DNA of 64,000 nucleotides from the human T2T-CHM13v2.0 reference genome, Homo sapiens (GCF_009914755.1 NC_060946.1); one strand, 5' to 3'; numbered from the stretch's first letter, positions 1 through 24,975 are shown. Notes: a model not told the origin generated them from the letters alone. Numbers and translations are program-made.

Positions 1-756
1 AGCTGAGATCGCACCACTGCACTCCAGACTGGGCGACAGAGCGAGACTACATCTCAAAAAAAAAAAAAAAAAAAAGTGAAAGCAGCTCTGTAAGGCGTAG
101 GCTTCATTGTCTCTTTTGTTTTGTTTGTTTTTTTGTTTTGTTTTTTGCAATAGTCTCACTCTGTTGCCCAGACTGGAGTGCAGTGGTGCGATCACAGCTC
201 ACTACAGCCTTGACCTGTGAGGCCCAAGCGATCCTCCTACCTCAGCCTCCTAGGTAGCTGGGACTACAGCATGTGCCACCATACCTGCCTAATTTTTTGT
301 ATTTTTTATAGCGACAGGGTCTCACTATGCTACCTAGGCTGGTCTCAAGCTCCTGGGCTCAAGCAATCTGCCAACCTTGGCCTTCCAAAGTGTTGCGATT
401 ATAGGTGTGAGTCACCGTGCCCGGCCCATTGTCTCATTTTTAAAGATAATGCCACTGAACCTCATGAATTTACTATGGCCATTCACGTAGTAAGTGTCAC
501 TCAGCTGGGATTCTTGCCTAGACCAGTTTCTCTTCAGGCCAGTCAAGTCTGAAAGCCATGCTTTACTTTTTCTACTGTACTATTCACTTTTTTTTTTTTT
601 TTTTTTTTTGAGGCTGAGTTGTGCTCTTGTTGCCCAGGCTGGAGTGCAATAACACGATCTTGGCTTACTGCAATCTCTGCCTCCGGGGTTCAAGTGATTC
701 TGCCTCAGCTTCCTGAGAAGCTGAGATTATAGGTACCCACCACCATGCCCATTTAA

Positions 757-995
<239 letters not shown>

Positions 996-1298
996 TGAGA
1001 CAGAGTCTCGCTCTGTTGCCCAGGCTGGAGTGCAGTGGTGCGATCTCGGCTCACTGAAACCTCCGCCTCCTGGGTTCAAACGATTCTCCTGCCTAAGCCT
1101 CCCTAAGTAGCTGGGTCTATAGGTGCCACCATGCCCAGCTAATTTTTGTATTTTTAGTAGGGATGGGGTTTCGCTGTGTTGGCCAGGGTGGTCTCGAACT
1201 CCTGACCTCAGGTGATTCACCCGCCTCAGCCTCTCAACGTGTTGGGATTATAGGCATGAACCACTGCACCTGGCCCTAAGTTTTTTTTTTTTTTTTGA

Positions 1299-1400
<102 letters not shown>

Positions 1401-1809
1401 TGAGTAGCTGAGATTACAGGCGCATGCCACCACGCCCAGCTAATTTTTTTTTTTTTTTAGTAGAGACATCATTTCACCATGTTGGTCAGGCTGATCTCGA
1501 ACTCCTGACCTCGTGATCTGCCCTCCGTGGCCTCCCAAAGTGCTGGGATTACAGGCGTGAGCCACCATGCCTGGCCAAGAAGCCCTTCTTTAGACCTATA
1601 TGTGGACTCCCAGATTAAGAGCCCCTGTTCATATTCAGTATAGTATGAGAGTTCTTTATATTGGATAATCTGTTCACGGAGTTCTCTGGAAATCTGTAAC
1701 CAGTTAGGTCATTTGAGTATAAGTAGCAGAGCCACCTGAAGTTGCCCCTATTTCTTTTTGGTTTGTTTTATTTTTATTTTTTGAGACGGAATCTCACTCT
1801 GTTGCCTAG

Positions 1810-2236
<427 letters not shown>

Positions 2237-2849
2237 TAAGTCCTAAAATCAAAAATAAAACAAGGGCGGGGCAGGACACCAAGGTGGGCAGATTGCTTTA
2301 TCCCAGGAGTTCAAGACAAGCCTGGGCAACATGGAGAGACCCACCTGTACAAAAATTAGCCAGGCATGGTGATGGGTACCTCTGGTCCCAGCTATTCAGG
2401 AAGCTGAGGTGGAAGAATTACCGGGATCCTAGGAGTTCGAAGCTGCAGTGGGTCATGATTGCATCACTGCACTCCAGCCTGGGCAACAGAGCAAGACCCC
2501 ATCTCAAAAACAAACAAAAAACACAAACAAACAAAAATCTGCTAAGCTCTTGACAGCTACTCTTTGCCCACATGTAATATCAAGTTCTCCTGAAACTGTT
2601 TTACAGTTGGATTTCTCCAGTTTGGAGTTGATCTTCATTTTCTTCTGAAGGGGTCTGTTTAATGTCAAACAGAGAGCTAGAGTATCTGGCCTGCATTATG
2701 CCATGCCCACTCATACATAGCAAAAGTTAAGCCCCATGGAAGATCATGTCATAAACATGAAGAGAGACCTTTGCCAATGAACGTTACCCATGCTGGTAAA
2801 ACTGTATGTCTACCTTTTCTCGTTCCCATCTCCATGCCTTCTCTGAGAG

Positions 2850-3217
2850 CAGTGGTTTTCAACCAGGGGTGATTTTGCTCCCTTCAGGGGTCTTTTGACA
2901 ATGTCTAAAGACATATTTGGTTGTCACAACTGAGGGGTTGTGCCATTGGCATCTAGTGAGAATCCTGCTAAACATGCTACACGTCCAGAGCAGGCCTCCA
3001 GAGCAAAGAGTTATCTGGCCCAAAATGTTAATATGTTGTGGGGGTTGTCTTGTGCATTGTGGGATGGTTAGCAGCATCCCTGGCCTCTACTCACTAGATG
3101 CCAGTATCACCTACCACCCTTCACCCTACAAATCTACAAGTTATGACAGCCAGAAATTTCTCCAGACATGCCAAATGTCCTCTGAAAGGTAAAATCACCC
3201 TTGGTTGAGACCCAGTG
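2850..3217. mobile_element. Two MER20-like hAT-Charlie DNA transposon fossils in inverted arrangement
   Basis: cagtggttttcaaccaggggtgattttg at 2850 and its near reverse complement ending at 3217; internal GGCATCTAGTG and CACTAGATGCC motifs. Confidence 0.7.
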
Positions 3218-3409
3218 TATCCTTAGAGGGAACCACTCCATGAACTTCATTTTTGTAATTTCCTATTGTTTACATTGGATGTATTTACATTGTTTGTAAA
3301 TACATGTATGTTTGTGCGTGTGTGTATACACATGACCCAATTAATTGCCAGAGTGCTCACCATAATCGTGCCTTTGCTTTCCTGCAAAGGTGTCTGAAAA
3401 GTGAGACTT

Positions 3410-4460
3410 AGCTAGTTTATAAATGCTGGGGTGAAGAGTATTCCAGGCAAAGGAAACAATTTTCAGAAGTCAGTGTGGTGGAAGTATTGCAGACAGGTAG
3501 GGAGAATGATGTTGGTGAGGAGATAGGCAGGTTCCAGCCAGTTCATGCAGGGCCTTCAAGGTGGTTAGAACCAGTTTAGAGTGTTTCTAAGGAGAATTAG
3601 AATCCATTGATGGGTTTTAAGTGGGAGAGTGATACTTGAATTATGCTTTTAAGAGATCACTACTCATTCAGTTGTGTTTTGTTGAATAAAACCCTCCAAA
3701 TCACCGGCTCTAATGGCCAAAGGTCAACTTTTCTCTGTCATGTAAAAGAAATCATGGATATGTAATTCATGGTTGGTACAATAGTGTCACTATTATTGGC
3801 GTCCTTGTGTCTTATTGTTCTGCTATCCTCAGGGTAGGAATTCCATGATCCACCAAGAGCTGATATAATCACCTCCATATTCCAGGCAGAGGAGAGAGGA
3901 AGGGAAGAGAGACAAGAGAGGTGTACCTTCCCACCAAGTCAACTTCCTTTATGGACACAACACTTCCATTTAAATCATGATGGCCAGATTTTAGTCACTT
4001 GTAGCTGCTGAGGAGGCTGGGAAGTTTTGTCTTTCAGTTGGGTCTCTTGCCTTCCAGAACAGAATCAGAAGAAGGGAAGAATGGATAGGCATTTAGCATT
4101 AAGTGCTGCAGCCCTTCTGGCTCTGGTATAGAGAGTTATTTCCAGGGTCAAGAGTAAAAGCAGATAAGTGAGTTAGGAGGCCCGCTATAGTCTAGCAAGA
4201 AAATGGTGGTGTGGACTAAGGTGAGAGCTATAACAATGGAAGGATGTGGGCAGGTATGAGACACATTTCTGGATAGGGTCCACAGAACTTGCTCATAGAT
4301 TGGATGTGAGGAGTGAAGGAAAGAGAAGTACTGAAGAGCTAGGTAGATGGTGGTGCCATTTATGAGATGGGGAAGACAGGGAAGAAGCAGGTTGGGGAGA
4401 TTAGGAAGCTCTGTTTGGGAAAAGTCTTTTGGATGCCTGAGTGGAGGAATCACTGGAGGC
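3410..4460. mobile_element. Degenerate L2 LINE pieces with an intervening old (MaLR-like) fragment
   Basis: L2-type purine-rich motifs, e.g. gtattccaggcaaaggaaac and gatggtggtgccatttatgagatggggaagac. Confidence 0.5.
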
Positions 4461-4971
4461 AGTTGAGTCTGGAGTTCTCGTAATCACTTCTCCCATGTGT
4501 TGTTCCCCACTGCCCCCCAGTGTCCTCGCCACGCAAACCACTCATTGTTCCCCAACATGCCACCTTCTCTCTTGCCACCATGTCTTCGCACATGCTGCCC
4601 TCTGTATCCTAGGGTGCCTAGACCCTGCCTTTCCCCTTCCCAAGCCACTCATCCAGGTCTCAGCTCTAGTCTCAGGATTCCCTGCTTCTGGAGAGCCTTC
4701 CTGGTCCACCAGGCTGGAAGTACCTCCATGGCACCCTGGATCTGTGCACTCATTAGCAGTTCCCACACTGCAGTAGGTGCGCTTGCTTGTGTGCCATGTC
4801 ACTGGACTGTGTGCGCCCTCAGAGCAAGGACTGCATCTTTAACCTTTATATGCCACTGTTCTCTGGCATGTCTACTGGCACCTAGTAGTCTCTCAAATGT
4901 TGGTGGAGTGAAATATTAGATAGGCTCCCCTGCCTCAAGAATTCATCATCTGGGCCGGGCGCGGTGGCTCA

Positions 4972-5283
<312 letters not shown>

Positions 5284-5494
5284 TTAGAGAAACAAGACTT
5301 TCAGGTTTTCCATTAAATTAATTATTTTTGAGATTGGGGTCTTGTGTTATTCAGGGGTCCTTCCTGGGCTCCAGCAGTCCTTTTCAGTATCTGGGATTAT
5401 AGGCACATGCCACCACACCAATCAGAAAAACATGAGTTTATTTATTTATTTATTATTATTTTTTATTGAGATGGAGTCTCACTGTGTTGCCTAG

Positions 5495-5756
<262 letters not shown>

Positions 5757-6108
5757 TAAATAAGATGGAGCTGAACATGGTGGCTCACGCCTGTAATCCC
5801 AGGACTTTGAGAGGCCGAGGTGGGGGGGATTGCTTGAGCCCAGGAGATTGAGACCAGCCAGGGCAACAGAGGGAGACCCCATCTCTAAAAAGAAAAATTT
5901 AGCCAGGGGTAGTGGCCCACACCTATAATCTCAGCTACTTGGGAGGCTAAGGCAGGATGATCACTTGAGCCCAGGAGTTTGATGTTGCAGTGAGCTATGA
6001 TGGTGCCACTGCACTCCTACCTGGGAGACAGAGTGAGACCTTGTCTCTATGAACAGACAGACAAAAACAACTTTAATTATTAAGAACCTTGCATATTTAT
6101 TATGATAA

Positions 6109-6501
<393 letters not shown>

Positions 6502-7012
6502 TAAGAGATTTACATTTTACGTTCCCTCTAAACTTCTTTAGAGCCTTGTGGAGCAAAGGCTCTGTGGTATAGCACACAGGGCTAGAAAACCACTTTTGCT
6601 TTTCCTTGAGGCAGTCTGAGTGTAGTGGAAGTACAATGTGAATTATAATTTATTAGACTGGCAACTCATCACCTGGCACATCTTAGCCCAAGTTCTGTCT
6701 CCGTAATGAGATTTCCATAACTTTCCTAGGTAGATTCACTGCCCTTTCTCCTGCATTTCATGTGTAAATCTTCATAGAACCTTTGTATATGTTGCAGTGT
6801 TCTGCATGTTTTTATCTTGTACTGTAAGCTCCTGGAGGGCAGGGACCAGATCTTATTTTCACTGTCTCTGAAACAGGGCTCAGAGTTAAGAGCTCAGTAA
6901 CTATTTAAATGAAACAAAGAATGCTCGGATGAAGTTTGCTTTTAGAAGTCCCAAGTCATGGCCCCGAGCTGTGGCTCATGCTTATTCCCAACACTTCAGG
7001 AGGCAAAGGTGG

Positions 7013-7445
7013 TGAGAGGTGAAGCCAGCTGGACTTCCTGGGTCGAGTGGGGACTTGGAGAACTTTTCTGTCTAGCTAGAGGATTGTAAATGCACCAATC
7101 AGCGCTCTGTGTCTAGCTAAAGGATTGTAAATGCACCAATCAGCACTCTGTAAAATGGAACAATCAGCGCTCTGTAAAATGGACCAATCAGCAGGACATG
7201 GGTGTGGACAAATAAGGGAATAAAAGCTGGCCACCCCAGCCAGCAGCGGCAGCCCAGGTCCCCTTCCACATGGAAGCCTTGTTCTTTTGCTCTTCACAAT
7301 ATATCTTGCTGCTGCTCACTGTTGGTGAGCAAAGGTGGTCCGTGCCACCTTTAACAGCTGTTAACACTCACCATGAAGGTCCGCAGCTTCATTCTTGAAG
7401 TCAGTGAGACCAAGAACCCACCTGAAGGAACCACCTCCGGACACG
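7013..7445 (+). mobile_element. LTR12-family (HERV9/ERV1) solo LTR inserted in an AluJ, sense to DEPDC5
   Basis: Starts TGAGAGGTGAAGCCAGCTGG; tandem GATTGTAAATGCACCAATCAGC CCAAT repeats; AATAAAA TATA-like box at 7219; ends CTCCGGACAC; splits the Alu at gtgg/gtgt (4-bp TSD). Confidence 0.9.
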
Positions 7446-7838
7446 GTGTGAGGATTGCTTGAGCCCAGGAGTTTGAAACCACTCTGGGCAACGTAGGGAG
7501 ACCCCCTCTCTACAAAAAAATACAAAAATTTTGTGGCCTGGTGGTGCACTCCCATAGTTCCAGCTACTCGAGAGGCTGAAGTGGGAAGATCGTTTCATCC
7601 TGGAGCCTGGGAGTTTGAGGCTGCAGTGAGCTGTGATTGTGTCACTGCACTCCAGCCTTGGGTGGCAAGAGTGAGATCCTGTCTCAAAACAAAGGAAAAA
7701 AAGAAGTCCAACATTGCAAGATTCTTTTATCATTGCTTTAAAAAAAATTGTGGTTAAAAAGCCTATCATAAAATTTACCATCTTAACCATTTTTAAGTGT
7801 ATAGTTCAATAGTGTTAAGAACATTTACACTGTTGTGA

Positions 7839-8018
<180 letters not shown>

Positions 8019-8425
8019 TGATTGTAACTGCTAAGGGGAGAATTTTCTGGAACTGCAAATGCTAATTCATGAATGCCCAGGGTCCCCCACATCATCTTCT
8101 AACAAACTTTAAATATCATTGTGAGAATAATCATATTTGGAGGTTAGAGTGTTTTCTCGTTCTAAAGATACACTACTTTTTTCAATAATCAAATTTTTTT
8201 CAAACTGCATTGTATGTTGAAGTCATAGCCTCTTAGTAGTGAGGCAGATATTAAATTTGGCTTCAAAAAATAAAGAAATAAATAAACTTGGCTTCTTAGT
8301 TTGAGAATGAAACCACTTTGTACATCTGGCTTTTATGATCTTGTTTTAAGATGTACAAAACAGGCCGGGCACAGCGGTTCATGCCTGTAATCCTAGCACT
8401 TTGGGAGGCTGAGGTGGGCGGATCA

Positions 8426-8710
<285 letters not shown>

Positions 8711-8758
8711 TTACTTAGGGAATTGCTTAGAGAAGAATTTACTTAGAGAAGAAATTAG

Positions 8759-8947
<189 letters not shown>

Positions 8948-9059
8948 TAAAATGCACTGTTTTTATTAAATTGCCCTAAATTGAGCTATTTTAGGTAAAA
9001 CCCGGACTCCAGATTTAAATTACCCTAATAATCTCAATTTATGAGAATTTATGAAAAAC

Positions 9060-13640
<4,581 letters not shown>

Positions 13641-14882
13641 TTCATTCGATTATCTCACCTTGATTTCACATGAAAACATTTTGATGAAAAAGTATTTGAA
13701 GTCACATTATGTAGTGTAAAAGAGTAGAGTTTGGATTAAGGCAGACTGGGTTTTAAATGATCTCATCAGCTTGCTTTTTTTTTTTTCTTTTTTGATTAAG
13801 AGACAGAGTCTTGCTATGCTGCTTAGGCTGGTCTTGAACTCCTGGGCTCCAGGGATCTTGTCACTTCATCCTCCTCAGTAGTTGGGACTACAGGCGCAGG
13901 CCACCATGCCTGGCTGATTAGCTTTTTGGTCTCCAAGGATTAGTCTCTGAGGCTCCATTTCTTCAGCTGCAAAATGGAGATAATAATAGACCCTCTCACC
14001 ACATCACTTATGAGTTGAGACACTCCATGCCCATATCAGCCCATTGTGAGCCCGTTGTGTTTTCCTGTATATCACTTGCACTAAAATTAGATAAGGGTGC
14101 TGATTTTGGAGCTCTTGGACTCCCGTGAATTAATTGGCAGTCAGTGAAGGTCTGCTGTTTCCTAGCACTCTGCTCTGGGTACTGTGGCTTGTATTTAGGA
14201 ATTTCTGTCCACTTGAGATACATCCATGAAATGTACATTATATTATGTGCCTTATATAGTGAGTGTTGAATTCTGTAGTCACTAAGCATACTTAAGATAA
14301 AGATGGGGTTGGTCAGTATAGGCTGTTGTCTTCAGAGACCCAGGAGGAACTGAAACTGCGCTTGCTAGCTAACTGTTGCAAGCCACTTTTGATGTTCATC
14401 TGTAAACACCCTACTTCTAGGATATTGATCTCCAGACTCCATGGAAATGTTTATTCTCATTAGTCCCTGTCCCTGTCCAAAGGTAGTTCTTTGCCTTGGC
14501 TTATACCGCTGAGTCCAGAGCAAACCCCACCCTCATCCTATGAGACTAGTAGGGTGTGGGAGTGCCTTTGATTCTTAAATCCACCACCATGGGTGCTGTT
14601 CTTGTTCCCTAGACCACAATTCTGCAGAAATTAAAAAACACTGTAGGCCTGGCATTGTGGCTCACGCCTGTAATCCCAGCACTTTGCCAAGGCAAGTGGA
14701 TCACTTGAGCCCAGCCTGGGGATTATGATGAAACCCTATCTCTCTTTTTTTTTTTCTTTTTTTTTTTTTTTTTGAGACGGAGTCTCGCTCCGTCGCCCAG
14801 GCTGGAGTGCAATGGCACAGTCTTGGCTCACTGCAGTCTCCACCCCCTGGGTTCAAGTGATTATCCTACCTCAGCCTCCTGA

Positions 14883-15224
<342 letters not shown>

Positions 15225-15499
15225 TAGTGGCAAGTTTCAGGTTCAGGACTCCATCTAGGGCTTCTGACTCCCAGCAGTGCTCTGTCCCCTGCACTGCAGC
15301 CTATAATTACCTGAAGCTATTCAATACTGTGCACTGCTGCTGAGCCACCTGGATTAAGAATATTATGTGCAGCTGGGCCTCACACCTGTAATCCCAGCAC
15401 TTTGGGAGGCCGAGGCAAGCAGATCACTTGAGGCCATGAGTTCGAGACCAGCCTGGCCAACATGGTGAAACCCTGTCTCTACTAAAAATACAAAAATTA

Positions 15500-15634
<135 letters not shown>

Positions 15635-15674
15635 TCAAAAAAAAAAAAAAAAAAGGGCCGGGCACAGTGGCTCA

Positions 15675-16009
<335 letters not shown>

Positions 16010-16039
16010 TCAACCCTGTTGTTCTCTACTCATGCTTAG

Positions 16040-16109
16040 GAGAAGAACTGTAGTCATGAAGTGACAGTGGTCCTGTTTTCTAGAACTTTCTATGATGCAA
16101 AATCTGTTG
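16040..16109 (+). CDS. DEPDC5: DEPDC5 exon 11 (70 nt): EKNCSHEVTVVLFSRTFYDAKSV(D)
   Basis: Acceptor catgcttag, donor G|gtgagt. Confidence 0.97.
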
Positions 16110-16305
16110 GTGAGTAACTATTTCTCTCCTACAGTTATGTTTTTGTTAAGCTTCCCCCAACCCCACCCCAGCCATTTCCTTTCATTTTTTTCCTCGTTGC
16201 ACTTTTCCACCCTTCCCATCTTTTCTGTTATGGGGACAGTGTAAAAGGGAAAGTAGCACAGTCCGTTAGTGGATGCAAGAGGTCTGTGGGCTGTGATTCA
16301 TCTTA

Positions 16306-16674
<369 letters not shown>

Positions 16675-16752
16675 TTAACCCAGAAGAGGAAGCTGACAAA
16701 ACTGAATTTCTCTTCTCAGCCTGAACTACATACTCCGTTTTCTCTATTTCAG

Positions 16753-16825
16753 ATGAATTTCCTGAAATAAACCGAGCCTCAATTCGACAGGATCACAAGG
16801 GGAGATTCTATGAAGACTTTTACAA
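16753..16825 (+). CDS. DEPDC5: DEPDC5 exon 12 (73 nt): (D)[23 protein letters not shown](K)
   Basis: Acceptor ctctatttcag, donor AA|gtatgt. Confidence 0.97.
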
Positions 16826-16881
16826 GTATGTTTGGGTGCTTTGCTATACTTTTTATTTATTTATTAGTTGTTTCTTTCCTA

Positions 16882-17112
<231 letters not shown>

Positions 17113-17919
17113 TTAATTTTGTAATTGTAATGATTTTAGATTTACAGAGAAGTTTCAAAGATAACACAGTTCCTGCATGGTCTTTGCTCTGTTTCCTCTA
17201 ATATTAACATTTCATAACCAAGTTACATTTGTCAAAACTAGGTTAACATTGGTACATTACTATTAAGGAAATTCAGATGTTTTTTAGATTTTAGCACTCG
17301 TACTTGCCGTCTCCAAGATATCATGTTGCATTTAGACCTTCTAAATGTTTTATTGTGAAAAATTTCAACATTCAGAGAAGAAGAGCAAATAATATAATGA
17401 GCCCGTATACCCAATACCTGAATTTAACAGTTATTATTTTGTCATATTTGATTCATCTGTTTTTTTCAGTGCCATTGACTAAGTAAATTATCAATATTGT
17501 AATATTTTATTTCTATACATATTCAAAAAAGGCATTTTTATATCTGACCACAATATCATGATCATGTTTAACGTTATTATTATTATTATTATTTTTTGAG
17601 ACACAATTTCACTCTCTCGCCCAGGCTGGAGTGCAGTGGTCATGTAAGCTGACTGCAAACTCCGCCTCCCAGGTTCAAGGGATTCTCGTTTCTCAGCCTC
17701 CCGAGTAGCTGGGACTACAGGCGCCCGTGACCACGCCTGGCTAATTTTTTTGTATTTTTAGTAGAGATGGGGTTCGCCATGTTGGCCAGCCTGGTCTCAA
17801 ATCCTGACCTCAGCTGATCCACCCACCTCGGCCTCCCAAAATGCTGGGATTACAGGCGGGAGCCACCATGCCTGGCTGACACCACTATCTAATTGAGATG
17901 ATTATCAGATAGTAATAGT

Positions 17920-18155
17920 TACTGTTTTTACGGGACTTAGCATGAATGGGTTACTCTTCTAAGCACTTTACATGACTTGATTTATTTAAATATCACAGCA
18001 TCCCTGTGGGATAGATACTGTTACCCCATTTTACAGATGTGGAAATTTGGACACAGAGTTTCAGTAACTTATCCAAAGTCCACACAATATTAAGTGGTGG
18101 AGCATGGACCTGACACAGTCAATCTAGTTCAGAGTCGATGCTTTTTGACCACTGT
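17920..18155. mobile_element. MIR SINE
   Basis: MIR core ccccattttacagatgtggaaa...gagtttcagtaacttatccaaagtc. Confidence 0.7.
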
Positions 18156-18727
18156 ATTCCTCAACCTCATACAGATTATACTTTAAATTATTTGTTGATC
18201 TTTTGTTGGATCCTGTACCCCTAGGAGAATTTTATGAGAGTGATGGGCCATCTGCTGTACTGACACCTCCACTCATCCCCTTATGCAGATGAATTCTGCA
18301 TTCCTCTAATTCAGTGAATTCCAGGAACCATGAGAGCTCTTCTGACTTAACAGTATATGCAGTTTTATCTGTATAATGAATATGAATTAATTTGAGCATG
18401 ATCAGTTATACAAAATACTATATAAAGCATGAATATGAATATATGAATTATGAATGTAGATTTATAGGTGTATATGACTATATATTTTTAATATATGAAA
18501 GTTTATGTCATTAAAAAGTCATCCTCAACGTTTTTTAGATTGAGAGAAACTGGTTATCTTTTTCTTACTGCAAAAACAATACAGGTTCATTTTAGGAAAA
18601 TCACAAAATAGGCCAGGCGTGGTGGCTGATACCTATAATCCCAGCACTTTGAGAGGCCAAGCCAGGCACATTGCCTGAGCTCAGGAGTTTGAAACCAGCC
18701 AGTGCACCATGGAAAACCCTGTCTCTA

Positions 18728-18961
<234 letters not shown>

Positions 18962-19385
18962 TCAATTCCATCTACCAAATATAGTCTTCATTACTTTGGT
19001 GAATCAACCCCTATTATCTGTATTTAGGAGAAAAATTAGTTTTCATAGAGATGTGATCACACATTCCATGTGATTTTTTTTTTTTTTTTTTTTTTGAGAT
19101 GGAGTATCACTCTGTTGCCCAGGCTGGAGTGCACTAGCGTGATCTCAGCTCACTGCAACTTCCGCCTCCCTAGTACAAGCAATTCCCTGCCTCAGCCTCC
19201 GGAGTAGCTGGGATTGCAGGCATCTGCCATCACACCTGGCTAATTTTTTTATTTTTAGTAGAGACGGGGTTTCACCATCTTGGCCAGGCTGGTCTTGAAC
19301 TCCTGACCTCAGGTGATCCACCGCCCTCAGCCACCTAAAGTGCTGGGATTACAGGCATGAGCCACTGCGCTGGGCCTCCATGTGA

Positions 19386-19686
<301 letters not shown>

Positions 19687-19756
19687 TGACCCATATGGTT
19701 CTCTTTTTATATGTTTTAAACCTTCATTTTCTTTCATTTCCTTTTTTTTTTTTTGA

Positions 19757-19915
<159 letters not shown>

Positions 19916-20593
19916 TAGTAGAGATGGGGTTTCTCCATATTGGTCAGTCTGATCTCAAACTCCCGACCTCAGGTGATCCCCCCACCTTGGCCTCTCCAAG
20001 TGCTGGGATTACAGGCGTGAGCCACTGTGCCCGGCCATAAACCTTCATTTTCTATTTACTGTATCACAAATGCCAATCCATGTTAAACACACTGCTCCAC
20101 AGTATCTTTTTTTTTTTTTTTTTGAGGCGAAGTCTCGCTCTGTCGCCCAGGCTGGAGTGCAGTGGTGGGATCTTGGCTCACTGCAAGCTCTGCCTCCCAG
20201 GTTCACGCCATTCTCCTGCCTCAGCCTCCTGAGTATCTGGGACTACAGGTGCCCGCCACCACACCCGGCTAATTTTTTTTGTATTTTTTAGTGGAGACAG
20301 GGTTTCACCGTGTTAGCCAGAATGGTCTCTATCTCCTGACCTCATGATCTGCCTGCTTAGGCCTCCCAGAGTGCTGGGATTACAGGCGTTAGCCACTGCC
20401 TGGCCCACTGTATCATTTTTTATTTCTACATAGAAATTACATTGGGTTACTATTGTTGAAAATTGAGGTGACTTCCAGCTTTTCACTATTCTCAACAGTA
20501 TTGCCAGTGAACATTTTTACAGATAGGTTTTTAAGCATATCCTTAGTTTTTATGATAAATTGCCAGAAATGGAGCCATTAGGTCAAAGGATAG

Positions 20594-20920
<327 letters not shown>

Positions 20921-21199
20921 TGAACTCCTGACCACCTTATCCACCTGCCTGGGCCTCCCAAAGTACTGGAATTACAAGTATGAGCTACCATGCCCAGCCT
21001 CTTTTTTTTTTTTTTTTAATGCTTCTTTCCCAATTGGATTGGAAGAAAAACAAGCTCACTGAATCTTTTTTTTTTTTGAGACAGAGTCTTGCTCTGTCAC
21101 CAAGGCTGGAGTGCAGTGGGGTTATCTCAGCTCACTGTACTCCAATTACACTCTTTTTGAAACCTTGTAAAGAACCTGATGTTCTGTATGTAAAGTTGC

Positions 21200-21566
21200 T
21201 GTATTAGTCCATTTTCTCACTGCTGTAAAGACATACCCAAGACTGGGTAATTTATAAAGAAAAAAGGTTTAATTGACTCATGGTTCTGCATGGCTCAGGA
21301 GGCCTCTGGAAACTTACAATCCTGGTGGAAGGCGAAGGGGAAGCAAGGCATGTCTTACCATGGTGAAGCAGGAGAAAGAGCGAGCTCAGGGGAAACTGCC
21401 CCTTTTAAACCATCAGATATCGTGAGAACTCCCTCACTATCACAAGAACAGCATGGAGGAAACCACCCCCATGATCCAGTCACCTCCCACCAGGTTCCTC
21501 CCTCGACACATGGGTATTACAATTTGAGATGAAATTTGGGAGGGGACACAGAGCCAAACCATATCA
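21200..21566 (-). mobile_element. MaLR solo LTR (THE1/MST type), antisense
   Basis: TGTATTAGTCC ... AGCCAAACCATATCA termini; 5-bp TSD gttgc/gctgc. Confidence 0.9.
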
Positions 21567-21604
21567 GCTGCTCAATATCCATTTTATGATAATACTCTTT
21601 TCAG

Positions 21605-21708
21605 AGTGGTGGTGCAGAATGAGAGAAGAGAAGAATGGACTTCACTTCTCGTAACCATTAAAAAACTCTTCATCCAGTATCCAGTGTTGGTGCGACTGGA
21701 ACAGGCAG
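21605..21708 (+). CDS. DEPDC5: DEPDC5 exon 13 (104 nt): (K)[34 protein letters not shown](E)
   Basis: Acceptor ctcttttcag, donor CAG|gtactg. Confidence 0.97.
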
Positions 21709-22305
21709 GTACTGCATTCATGTAATAGATGGTGCGGCGGGGAAAGGAAGTGTAGGAGGGGTCTGGGAGACAGAGAAGAGATGTGTGCTTGTTTCTCTCC
21801 CATTGCCGTGTGTAGTTTCTGCTTTTGGTCAGGGTTCTGTTTCCAGTTGGATCCAATTGTACATTTCGTATGCCGTAAGTTCAACAGTGTCCCTAATACA
21901 GGGAGTGAGGCCTTGTGGAGCCAGATGCCTTCCTTTTTTTTTTTTTTGAGACAGAGTCTCACTCTGTCACCCAGGCTGGACTGGAGTGGAGCAATTATAC
22001 TGTAACTTTAAACCACTGGGGCTCAAGCAATCCTCCTGCCTCAGCCTCCCGGGTAGCTAGGACGACAGGCATGCACTACCATGCCCAGATAATTTTTTCA
22101 TTTTTTTGTAGAGACAAGAGTCTCGCTGTGTTGACCAGGCTTGTTTCAAACTCCTCGTCTTAAGCGATCTTCCTGCCTCCACCTTCCAAAGTGCTGGGAT
22201 TACAGGCATGAGCCACCATGCTCAGCTGCCACTTATTTAAGAGTTCATCTTTCAGCCAGGTGTGATGTCTCATGCCTGTAATCCCAGCACAAGGCAGGCG
22301 GATCA

Positions 22306-22539
<234 letters not shown>

Positions 22540-22552
22540 TCATGTTTCATGA

Positions 22553-22666
<114 letters not shown>

Positions 22667-22711
22667 TAAGGATGCCGGCCATGAGCCAGCATCTTGCCTA
22701 CCACATGGCTA

Positions 22712-24348
<1,637 letters not shown>

Positions 24349-24876
24349 GCTATGCATGTCTCTTTATGAATGCCTGCAGACCCAGACCTAGGTGATGATG
24401 CCCCCACTCACCTACCCCCAAAATTAATTTAAAGCAATAGCTTCTCATTGGATGGTTGTAATGACCAACATTTAGCTCTTGGGTCTTCTGTTGGCCAGTT
24501 AATTTGGTAGTCATTTGCTTCTCATGGTCAGGAACTGGAAGGATCTTCCTTGGGTTCTTTGACTTACTCGAACTGTGTTATTATTTTCCACCCCATCCCT
24601 CAACTGCTTCTAGGTAATATTTTAAAAATCTACTTAAAAAATAAGAATTAAAATAAAAATTTTAAAAAATTAAAATCTACTTTAAAAAAAATTACAAAAA
24701 TAGCCAGGTATGGTGGCTCACACCCATAATCCCAGCACTTTGGGAGGTTGAGGCGGACAGATCACTTGAGGTCAGGAGTTCAAGACCAGCCTGGGCAACA
24801 TGGTGAAACCCTGTCTCTACTAAAAATACAAAAATTAGCCAGCATGGTGGCGCACACCTGTAATCTCAGCTACTCA

Positions 24877-24975
<99 letters not shown>

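Noticed and set aside
7070-7195. Short direct repeats that superficially resemble a CRISPR array
   Set aside because: They are LTR12 U3 CCAAT-containing tandem repeats with no unique spacers or cas genes; the DNA is human
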